IMG/VR virus record: IMGVR_UViG_3300002307_000018
Coordinates: 200,638 to 264,637 of that record
Source: a virus
Taxonomy: Duplodnaviria; Caudoviricetes
Strand: one strand, 5' to 3'
DNA length: 64,000 nucleotides
A program made the translations under genes and the position numbers. The notes beneath the pieces are model-generated. The model was not told where the DNA came from, did not search any database, and saw only the letters and a list, made by a program, of their open reading frames with translations. Positions 24,682-32,353 of this stretch are shown here, piece by piece (position 1 is the first letter of the stretch; every line of letters begins with the position of its first letter).

Positions 24682-24826
24682 GTATTTGTTGAGCAAGCTG
24701 CTATCACTGCCACGCCCAGTTCATTCGGCAGGGGTACGTCATGATGACGAACGTTCGTTCACTGACGGTTAGGAAAGGTAACCCGTGTGCATTTAACACT
24801 GCTCAAACAACTTGCTCAACAAATAC
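24682..24826 (-). ncRNA. structured ncRNA with 16-bp perfect closing stem (copy K, divergent)
   Basis: GTATTTGTTGAGCAAG/CTTGCTCAACAAATAC; several internal hairpins; begins 4 nt after the tRNA-Ala CCA. Confidence 0.6.
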
Positions 24827-24830
24827 ATTA

Positions 24831-24905
24831 TGGTGGAGGGTAAGGGAATCGAACCCTTAACTCATGCTTGCAAAGCACATGTGTTCCCGTTAGCACCAAC
24901 CCCCC
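24831..24905 (-). tRNA. tRNA-Ala(TGC)
   Basis: loop TTTGCAA; G3-U70; CCA. Confidence 0.92.
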
Positions 24906-24915
24906 ATTAAAACTT

Positions 24916-24990
24916 TGGTACCCCCGACAAGAATCGAACTTGTAATAAAGGCTTATCAAGCCTCCGGTATAACCGTTTACCTACAGGGGT
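24916..24990 (-). tRNA. tRNA-Ile(GAT)
   Basis: GAGGC-TTGATAA-GCCTT; CCA. Confidence 0.9.
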
Positions 24991-24997
24991 GTATTTT

Positions 24998-25072
24998 CAA
25001 TTTATTGAGTACACTACTCGCCCTAATCCCCTAAGCGGGGAGGTACGCTTAGACCAATGTACTCAATAAATT
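24998..25072 (-). ncRNA. conserved-stem ncRNA, copy J
   Basis: CAATTTATTGAGTACATT...AGTGTACTCAATAAATTG. Confidence 0.6.
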
Positions 25073-25204
25073 GTAGTGGCTGTCCCACTACTTGTCTCTT
25101 TTACTAACACGGTTACCGCCCGTGTATTCATCCAGAACCCCGCCCATTTAGTGTTTGTTTATAGTGATTCACACGGCTCTCGTTGCCTACATTCACTTAC
25201 TGCT

Positions 25205-25239
25205 AAAAACAAAAAACCCTAGATTTCTGGTCTAGGGTT
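25205..25239 (-). terminator. intrinsic terminator of putative attenuator
   Basis: AACCCTAGA-CCAGAAA-TCTAGGGTT followed by TTTTGTTTTT. Confidence 0.85.
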
Positions 25240-25291
25240 CTGAGAATTTTATTTTGTATGCTTACTATTACATACAATTTCCCTGAACCCT
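25234..25291 (-). promoter_or_regulatory. putative antiterminator hairpin
   Basis: AGGGTTC/GAACCCT, GGGAA/TTCTC and TTGTATG/CATACAA nested stems with loop TAATAGTAAG; shares GAACCCT with the terminator. Confidence 0.7.
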
Positions 25292-25426
25292 GAACGCATC
25301 AATACGACCATTTGAGTGTGTCGGCATATTGCGTCCCTGTTTGCTAAACTCGGGCCAATATGCTTCCGCTGTGGCGTTTGACGCTACATAGACGGAACTC
25401 AAGAGGTTTAAAAGTTTAGTTTTCAT
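25268..25426 (-). CDS. putative leader peptide (52 aa)
   Basis: MKTKLLNLLSSVYVASNATAEAYWPEFSKQGRNMPTHSNGRIDAFRVQGNCM, then TAA TAG TAA; ATG 12 nt below a -10 box. Confidence 0.6.
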   Translation of the reverse strand: MKTKLLNLLSSVYVASNATAEAYWPEFSKQGRNMPTHSNGRIDAFRVQGNCM

Positions 25427-25438
25427 GTTTAAGTTAGT

Positions 25439-25467
25439 ATTATAATACAGCAGTGAATATTAGTCAA
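25439..25467 (-). promoter_or_regulatory. sigma70-type promoter heading the tRNA array
   Basis: TTGACT-N17-TATAAT. Confidence 0.82.
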
Positions 25468-25789
25468 GGACTATTTTCAATTTCTGTATAGTTATTTATC
25501 CATTTCGTAAAAAAGTACTATATAATAGCGATTTTTTACAGTTTACTCTATATTGAGAAAGTATTTAGCTTCCTGTACTGCGTCATAATAATTTTTACTG
25601 CTTAATCTTTCGTAATTTCTACGGCAATATAAGTCTCCACGTGGCCACCACAATAACACAAAGTCACTGTGATCATCACGTTCAACTGTCCAAGAGATAG
25701 CTTGCATCATCGCATATAACTGTTAATGCAGATAATGGCAATGCCCACTGCTAGAACTATTAAGTCAATAAAGCCAAAGTACATCCAGA

Positions 25790-25954
25790 TCATGAGTTCA
25801 CCGTATTGTAGGGACTAAATTCATCTTTTTCAAGAATAACATCAGTATAATCTCTATCATTCCATGCTTTAACTACAAGCTCGGCCTCACGTAGACTATA
25901 GCCTGACCAGACGGGCACTCCACCGACCCAAACGATATATTTATATTCGCTCAT
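25790..25954 (-). CDS. small hypothetical protein
   Basis: MSEYKYIVWVGG... 54 aa with AGGAG SD below a promoter. Confidence 0.5.
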   Translation of the reverse strand: MSEYKYIVWVGGVPVWSGYSLREAELVVKAWNDRDYTDVILEKDEFSPYNTVNS

Positions 25955-25978
25955 GTATATTCTCCTATGTATGTGTGT

Positions 25979-26007
25979 AGTATACTTGAAACTGTATTTA
26001 TTGTCAA
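25979..26007 (-). promoter_or_regulatory. sigma70-type promoter
   Basis: TTGACA-N17-TATACT. Confidence 0.75.
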
Positions 26008-26639
26008 GGTTTATTTTCTAGTCTTTTAACTTCTTTATGGTTGTATGAGTATGCTGGGAAAGAATCCATATACTTATTATATAAACCAAAAACACCCAAT
26101 ACGGCAATAAAAAGCGCCATAGTACCAAAAACCGGATGGCCAGTAGCGAACAATCGTAATACTAAGAAAAAAGAAACAAGTCCGACACCGTATGTCAAAA
26201 AAACACCAAATGAGTGTTCATGAACCCGTGAGCGGGCATTATCTAAATCTTGCTTATGCTTATAAGCTTGTCCCTCGGGAGTAGCATAAAATCGATCCCA
26301 TTCTTCGGATATTCGTTTGTATTCGGCTTCTTCTTCTTTTTCCAGCCTCATTTGCTCGGCTAACTCTAGTGCCTGTTGCTGACGATAACCCGGAATTAGA
26401 TCAAGCAATTTCTCACGTTGACGATATTCCTCTAGCTGACGTAGTTCCCAGATACGATCACTTTCAAGTCGTTCTTGACGGCTGGCCTGCTGAGCCATGC
26501 GCTCGGCATTTTGCTCAGCTAAATCATTCGCCTGTTTTGTCTGACGATTGATAGCATCGATTTGCCTGCAGGCGACACAATAGGCGACACCCTCTGACAC
26601 TGGCTCGTAACAAGTAAAACAACGTGCAATGTAAGTCAT
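26004..26639 (-). CDS. hypothetical membrane protein with N-terminal CxxC-CxxC
   Basis: CFTC..CVAC, coiled coil, two hydrophobic segments. Confidence 0.6.
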   Translation of the reverse strand: MTYIARCFTCYEPVSEGVAYCVACRQIDAINRQTKQANDLAEQNAERMAQQASRQERLESDRIWELRQLEEYRQREKLLDLIPGYRQQQALELAEQMRLEKEEEAEYKRISEEWDRFYATPEGQAYKHKQDLDNARSRVHEHSFGVFLTYGVGLVSFFLVLRLFATGHPVFGTMALFIAVLGVFGLYNKYMDSFPAYSYNHKEVKRLENKP

Positions 26640-26654
26640 TAAATATTCCTTAGA

Positions 26655-26930
26655 TTAGTCAAACTCACAGCCAACAGAATTGATCAGCGCACGATCATCA
26701 TGTGCGGCAATCAGTGCATCAGTACGTGCAAGCTCAGACTCCATGATATCACGTACACGCTCACGGTCAATGCTATCATACTCAACAGTAATGTTGGGCA
26801 TAGTCAACAGCACTTCAGTAGCGTCTTCGATATCACTGCGAGTGATATTCATTGGGTAGATGCCCGTAGTGGGATTGTAAAAGCTGTAAACGTAGTCTAC
26901 AAACTTAGTGAATGCGTGATTGTGTGTCAT
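26655..26930 (-). CDS. hypothetical protein
   Basis: 91-aa ORF with AAGGG SD. Confidence 0.55.
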   Translation of the reverse strand: MTHNHAFTKFVDYVYSFYNPTTGIYPMNITRSDIEDATEVLLTMPNITVEYDSIDRERVRDIMESELARTDALIAAHDDRALINSVGCEFD

Positions 26931-26979
26931 GTGATGCCCTTGTGTTTAGTGTAGTGCGTCACAGTAGTGACGCTTGAGA

Positions 26980-27237
26980 CTAGAGATTGATCTGACTCAT
27001 CATTTCAGACCACTGCGACCATGTCATACAGTAGCCCTCGTACTTGCACTCGTACTGCAAGTTGTCACCCTTGTTACCCGTGCCCTCTGGCACTTGCTTG
27101 ATGCTGCGTAACCAAGGCTTAGCGTGTTGCATCACGTAGCTTACGTAGTCAGTACTGTACTCAGCTTTGAACATCACGTCACCCAACGTGTCAGATACGA
27201 CACGAATATCAAGCCCTGCGACACCGTACTTAAGCAT
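26980..27237 (-). CDS. hypothetical protein
   Basis: start MLKYGVAG after AAGGA, downstream of a promoter. Confidence 0.5.
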   Translation of the reverse strand: MLKYGVAGLDIRVVSDTLGDVMFKAEYSTDYVSYVMQHAKPWLRSIKQVPEGTGNKGDNLQYECKYEGYCMTWSQWSEMMSQINL

Positions 27238-27267
27238 TGTTACTTCCTTTCTCATTGAACAGTACAT

Positions 27268-27296
27268 ATTATAGCAGTTCTGCCATTTACTGTCAA
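27268..27296 (-). promoter_or_regulatory. sigma70-type promoter
   Basis: TTGACA-N17-TATAAT. Confidence 0.8.
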
Positions 27297-27318
27297 GGAT
27301 TATCGTTACTAAGTGTGT

Positions 27319-27492
27319 TTTAGTACTAAATGTAGCTTAGCTACTAAGCGTGATTTAGTGTATTAAGAGCATTTTAGTACTAAATTGTGCTTAATATAAG
27401 CATATTTTAGTACTAAACGTAGCTTAATATAAGCATATTTCAGTACTGTTTTTATAATAGTGATAAATACTATCAGCGATAAATACTATCAG
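27319..27492. repeat. AT-rich array of palindromes with 33-bp period
   Basis: TTTAGTACTAAA at 27319, 27373, 27406; GCTTAATATAAGC at 27389, 27422; GATAAATACTATCAG at 27462 and 27478. Confidence 0.8.
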
Positions 27493-27503
27493 GAGCAATT
27501 ACT

Positions 27504-27833
27504 ATGACCAATACAACCGTTATTACAATAACCAGACCCAACACTAGTGTCAATTTTTTCTATGACAGTATATACTGGTATACCGCACATTACAAAGTTT
27601 CACCAGTATATTCTGACTTTTGCAATCAGGGAAAAATTCTTAGTCTAGATAAGAATCTTAGTACTGATGAATTGACAAGTACTAGAACGATTATTTTTTC
27701 TAACTCAGCCGCAAAAGATGAGTTTGGCACATTGATGTGTCAAGCACTTGGACTGTCTGTTGATGAGTTTATGAAGGTTAGACAAGAGTATTGCGATACA
27801 TCTGGCCATACCATAAACATTATCGAATTATAA
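27504..27833 (+). CDS. hypothetical protein
   Basis: 109 aa, AGGAG SD, ATAAATA late-type motif upstream. Confidence 0.65.
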   Translation: MTNTTVITITRPNTSVNFFYDSIYWYTAHYKVSPVYSDFCNQGKILSLDKNLSTDELTSTRTIIFSNSAAKDEFGTLMCQALGLSVDEFMKVRQEYCDTSGHTINIIEL

Positions 27834-28430
27834 TTATCGAAATTCCGGCTTTATAGTCACTCGACGTACAGCCAAAGTTTTGTTATGTGGGTAAGATATT
27901 GCGCTCATGCCGATATCTCCTATCAAATTTGAAATGTACGGCCATTTAACATCGTCTGGAGACTTGAGAGTCTGTACGTTTATAAAATCATAGCGTTCAC
28001 TGATGTACGAATTTGATTTCGAGATAATGTCTTTAGTCTGACCTTTTCTACTTAGATGTTCAGTATCTCTTATCACGTAATAAAATTCATATCGTTCATC
28101 TGATTCTGCATTTCTAATACATTGTTCCATAATTGCGCCAGTCACGGTGATCATTTTTTTACCGTAGAACATGTTGCCGCTGGTCATTAAAAATAGATTG
28201 GTCAACGTCCAAACAGGCATGGTGACCCAAAAGAACTGAGAACATATACCCATGCACTCGTCATCAATGAATGCCCCAACCGCATATGAGTTTTCAATAT
28301 TACTTATATATCTTTGAATATAAATGTCATGTTGAATCGGAACCCCGTACATTGTATCGTGTTTGTAAACACAATTCTCAATGATGTCTAGATCGGCCAT
28401 TGTTAAATTTCTGACAGAAATTTCACTCAT
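27834..28430 (-). CDS. GNAT-like protein (paralog of 38492..39064)
   Basis: VRNLTMADL..., AVGAFIDDECMGI, P.W.LT, ERY motifs shared with the paralog. Confidence 0.45.
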   Translation of the reverse strand: MSEISVRNLTMADLDIIENCVYKHDTMYGVPIQHDIYIQRYISNIENSYAVGAFIDDECMGICSQFFWVTMPVWTLTNLFLMTSGNMFYGKKMITVTGAIMEQCIRNAESDERYEFYYVIRDTEHLSRKGQTKDIISKSNSYISERYDFINVQTLKSPDDVKWPYISNLIGDIGMSAISYPHNKTLAVRRVTIKPEFR

Positions 28431-29065
28431 TTTATAATATAGTCACTATATTTTTTATAACTTTCATCTAACAACTCTAGATGTCTGGCTTCGTCGAGTA
28501 CTCCACCGCCTATGATAAGGATAATTTTTCTTTTTCCTTCCTTTGGTATAATACTACCATGAGGCTTTGATCTATTGCTGAATACCCATGTATTGGTGTC
28601 TGTTGGATATCTTGGATGCTGATAGGTAGTACATTCTACGTCATTACACATATAAAACGTTTCGTGATCTTCATTGAGCAAAGAAATTCTATAAGAAGCT
28701 GGCTCTAGATGATCTATAGAGTTTTTGCCCATATAGTCAGTATGAGGCTTAACATCAATGATCTGTTCGAGCAAATACACACAGACCATTGATGTAAATG
28801 GCAAACTCTCTACTGCCTGAACCACTTCTGGGAATATCTTCTTAAAGTCTGGTCTCCATCCGCTACCGGGTATTTCGCCGGGCGTCTCTGGTATCAGCGG
28901 TGATTTGATTACAACGTGATTCCAAGGTTGATCAATGTCTGCTGCCCATGGATAGTCTACTCTGGATCCTCGTTTGTCGATGAATTTTTTTATTTTTTCT
29001 GCGTCGCATTGAACCATTGGTACTGCCAACGGCATATATATTACATCTTTAATAAGTTCGTTCAT
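28427..29065 (-). CDS. 2OG-Fe(II) oxygenase-like protein
   Basis: KPHTD...YRISL...SNRSKPHGS. Confidence 0.6.
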   Translation of the reverse strand: MNELIKDVIYMPLAVPMVQCDAEKIKKFIDKRGSRVDYPWAADIDQPWNHVVIKSPLIPETPGEIPGSGWRPDFKKIFPEVVQAVESLPFTSMVCVYLLEQIIDVKPHTDYMGKNSIDHLEPASYRISLLNEDHETFYMCNDVECTTYQHPRYPTDTNTWVFSNRSKPHGSIIPKEGKRKIILIIGGGVLDEARHLELLDESYKKYSDYIIK

Positions 29066-29808
29066 ACCTTAAACACCTTTTCAATAACCCATGCGTAGAT
29101 ATCTGTCTCATTAGTAACTTTGTAACTATAGTTTTTGGGATCACTGTGATGATTATTATGATGTCCAGCCCCTGTGAGTACGTTGAGAACTGTACTATTC
29201 AACCCAACTGCGTTTTCATTAGTTTTCACCCCAACCTTACCATGAGCAAAAATATTCACAGCGCAAGTCATCAGATACCACATTGCACTTCCAGCAACGA
29301 TGAAATAAAACAAATAGAAACTGATAAAATACGTAGTGATCCACAGTGCTGTCCACAACAACCAGTAGTACTTGTTTTCAAATATAAAGTATGCTTTGTT
29401 TTTGGAACGTATGAGATCAGCAATCACTGATATTTTATAATCTTGTCTAGGAAACAAACCAAGAATCAACTTCCATGCAGGAATAAACAAAGGACTGTGT
29501 GGGTCTTGCTCAGTGTCCTCGTATGCGTGATGGCATCGATGCACTGCCACCCACGATAGCGTTGCTCCTTGACCAGTCAAAAATGCAAAGAACAGTAGTA
29601 CTTTTTCTTTCATTGGAGTAGTCTTGTATGTTTTATGAGACAAATAGCGATGTATCGATATCTCGCTAATACAGCCAAAGAAGTAGCTGGCAGCTATAAT
29701 AACAAATACAGTGTAAACATCAAAAAAAAGTACCGTTGCTGACCAAAACAGTATTTGATTAGTCCATACAACGAATAGGGTTTGATAATAAGGATGTAGA
29801 TTCTTCAT
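29062..29808 (-). CDS. fatty acid desaturase (delta-9 type)
   Basis: His boxes HRYLSH, HRCHH, HHNNHH; DPHSP; transmembrane segments. Confidence 0.9.
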   Translation of the reverse strand: MKNLHPYYQTLFVVWTNQILFWSATVLFFDVYTVFVIIAASYFFGCISEISIHRYLSHKTYKTTPMKEKVLLFFAFLTGQGATLSWVAVHRCHHAYEDTEQDPHSPLFIPAWKLILGLFPRQDYKISVIADLIRSKNKAYFIFENKYYWLLWTALWITTYFISFYLFYFIVAGSAMWYLMTCAVNIFAHGKVGVKTNENAVGLNSTVLNVLTGAGHHNNHHSDPKNYSYKVTNETDIYAWVIEKVFKV

Positions 29809-29849
29809 AATGTTATTTAGCTAAGAGCACAGCGAACATAAATATATTT

Positions 29850-30398
29850 ATGGCCTACTGCGACTTTATAAACTTCAACTACAGTGGTGAGAAAATCATT
29901 GAATTTCTTCCTCAAATCATTTCATTGAATCCCAAATTTGCAAAAAACGTGTATAGCTGCGGACCTGATTTTACCAAGAAAATTGAATCGATTTTGAATC
30001 TGAAAAATTTTGATAGAATTTTGTACTTTGTTATGCCACCCAAGCATAAAAGTAGAATTCACATTGACATGAACACTGAAACTAAGCAAGTTCAAAAAAT
30101 ATCATTTAATCTGCCATTAACTCAGTGCAGTAGTGTGGTCATGAATTGGTACAGTAAAAATCCCAATGCACCAATCGGTCAGAATCTAGGATCACATATG
30201 TCATCGTTTCCTGTACTAGAGCTAAGCGACTCGACATTGTTGTCAACGTACGAGTTAAATCGTCCAATGATTGCAACAGTAGATTCGTGGCACAATGTTG
30301 AAAATCATAATGAAACGGGTTACGATGAACATTTTATTAGCATTAGATTTCCTCTAGAAACGACATACGAGGATATCTTAGAAATGATACCGCAATAG
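29850..30398 (+). CDS. 2OG-Fe(II) oxygenase-like protein
   Basis: IHID...SFNLPL...WHNVEN...ISIRF. Confidence 0.6.
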   Translation: MAYCDFINFNYSGEKIIEFLPQIISLNPKFAKNVYSCGPDFTKKIESILNLKNFDRILYFVMPPKHKSRIHIDMNTETKQVQKISFNLPLTQCSSVVMNWYSKNPNAPIGQNLGSHMSSFPVLELSDSTLLSTYELNRPMIATVDSWHNVENHNETGYDEHFISIRFPLETTYEDILEMIPQ

Positions 30399-30486
30399 AT
30401 CGATCTATTAGGTCATCAAGCGCATTTTAGTTTTGTTTTTATGCAAGACAGTGTATGCGTATAAATAATAAAAACGGAGCATATTT

Positions 30487-31152
30487 ATGCATATGATATC
30501 AAACGATGGCTCACTGAGTGGCTGGGCTAAGAAGATTGAAGCCGAGATTCTGGCTTATCCACGTGATTGGTTTTGGCCACGTGATGCTAATCACAAGATT
30601 TTTGAGCAGGCAAAAATGATATTCATGAATCGTAATCTAAATTACTTTCATGTGGGTAACATGGTCGCAGCAGTATGCGAGGGTGATGAGTACAATCCCA
30701 ATCTAGAAATGACTAGAAAGTTCTGTGGTTACAGTAGAACTCTGAGTGGCGATACTGGCCCATTTGGTCGTATGTGTACTTGGAATTTGCAAGCTAATAA
30801 AGCACTGTTGCCGCACGTAGATGCGTACAAATATCACTTTAACATTGTTAGAAACATATTCATTGTCAGTGGAAACAATAGTAGCGAAGTAACTATCAAC
30901 ATCAATGACGAGAATGTTGAAGTAAAACAGGGCACACTATTTCAGTTTAGCCCAGCAACCGAACGTCATGCGTTTGTCAATACTAGTAGCGTTCCATTTT
31001 ATTTTCTTGGCTATGACTTTTGGATTCCGGGAAAACTTAAAGAGCTAATGAAAGACAGTAAGTCAATCGTCGCTCTTATGAATAATCAAGAAAGACTAAC
31101 AAAATTTGACAACCCAAAAGTTACTAATCACAAATACATTTCAAAGCACTAA
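30487..31152 (+). CDS. Asp/Asn beta-hydroxylase-like oxygenase
   Basis: FGRMCTWNL..LLPHVD..RHAFVN. Confidence 0.6.
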   Translation: MHMISNDGSLSGWAKKIEAEILAYPRDWFWPRDANHKIFEQAKMIFMNRNLNYFHVGNMVAAVCEGDEYNPNLEMTRKFCGYSRTLSGDTGPFGRMCTWNLQANKALLPHVDAYKYHFNIVRNIFIVSGNNSSEVTININDENVEVKQGTLFQFSPATERHAFVNTSSVPFYFLGYDFWIPGKLKELMKDSKSIVALMNNQERLTKFDNPKVTNHKYISKH

Positions 31153-31721
31153 TAGTCAACAGTATAGGAAATGATGTAACGATCACACTCAGTAGACAAT
31201 GACTCAACTGAATGAGTCAATGATGTATTTAATAAGTATACATCATGATCTTGCATGACGTACGATTGATCCCCGACACAAGTTCTACCCGTATTTGAAT
31301 TCTTAAGACCAATGTTCAGTGTTAAACTGCGAGTTGAGTCTATGTGAGCAAGAACCGTACATCCTCTTTGCTGCTTAATAATACCAATTCTTTCAGAGTT
31401 GACATTATGTTTTAAAAAACGATCTAACAAACTATTTGAATTGATCATTGTTCGTCTGACATGATATTTCAATAGTATGAGATTGTTGACAATTGAGTCG
31501 CACTCCTTTGGTAGATTTATATATACATTTCTAGCAAATCTAATGTCAGATGGAAGGTAACGTTGCCAATGCAATTCTCCCGTAGGAGAATGATACACTC
31601 TAGGATTGTTTGGATCATTGGGATCGCTAAGATCACCGCCAATTTTCGATATCATACTGTCAATATCAAAGTCAAACTTAAAGTCAGTTGATAGTTTAAA
31701 GAATCCGTCAAACATTGTCAA
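31149..31721 (-). CDS. 2OG-Fe(II) oxygenase-like protein
   Basis: AHID...LNIGL...LLNTSLTHSV...RYIIS. Confidence 0.62.
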   Translation of the reverse strand: MTMFDGFFKLSTDFKFDFDIDSMISKIGGDLSDPNDPNNPRVYHSPTGELHWQRYLPSDIRFARNVYINLPKECDSIVNNLILLKYHVRRTMINSNSLLDRFLKHNVNSERIGIIKQQRGCTVLAHIDSTRSLTLNIGLKNSNTGRTCVGDQSYVMQDHDVYLLNTSLTHSVESLSTECDRYIISYTVDY

Positions 31722-32353
31722 ATTCCGAATAGTATACGCTTAGCATCTGCAAAATACATTTTGTGCGGTTCTTTAAACCGTAACGTTAACATTACTCGCA
31801 TGTTAGATGATTGGCTATTGTTCCAATCGTGAAATATTTCAGTATTGAACAGTATACACTCACCCTGCTTAGCAGTCATTGATTTAAGTGGCACATGCTT
31901 TCCTCTGACAAATCCTCTGGCTTCTCTAGAGCGGCCGTTTATAGTGTCGATGGGATATATAGACAAGTCTTTATCGTCATACCAGCTAGTCACGCATTTG
32001 TCATCATTGATTTGTACACTGTAGTTAATGCCGCATCTGACCGCCAAACCATCTTTATGAGGTCTGTAAATACATCTGGGCGCAGATATAAAGAACGATA
32101 CTCGTGTATCATCAACATTGAGTGCGTCACGCATTGGCACATTTTCTAGTAACTTTTGTCCAGATGATTGATCTAGCTTATAATGTACAAATGACTTGCG
32201 ACCATTTTTATCAAGATAGGTTGATGGTTGTTCATCAATCATTTTTTGATAGTCATAATGTTCAGATGAACAGTGCTCAAATACTTGTTCGATACCAGAA
32301 TAAGTGAATCTTATATAGTATGGACTACAGTCCTCGATAATATTATAAATCAT
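31718..32353 (-). CDS. 2OG-Fe(II) oxygenase-like protein
   Basis: PHKDG...GINY...FNTEIFHDWNN...RVMLTLR. Confidence 0.65.
   Translation of the reverse strand: MIYNIIEDCSPYYIRFTYSGIEQVFEHCSSEHYDYQKMIDEQPSTYLDKNGRKSFVHYKLDQSSGQKLLENVPMRDALNVDDTRVSFFISAPRCIYRPHKDGLAVRCGINYSVQINDDKCVTSWYDDKDLSIYPIDTINGRSREARGFVRGKHVPLKSMTAKQGECILFNTEIFHDWNNSQSSNMRVMLTLRFKEPHKMYFADAKRILFGI

Noticed and set aside
24831-24990. rRNA operon spacer (Ile-GAT then Ala-TGC)
   Set aside because: Same order as bacterial rrn spacers, but the flanks contain no 16S or 23S sequence.
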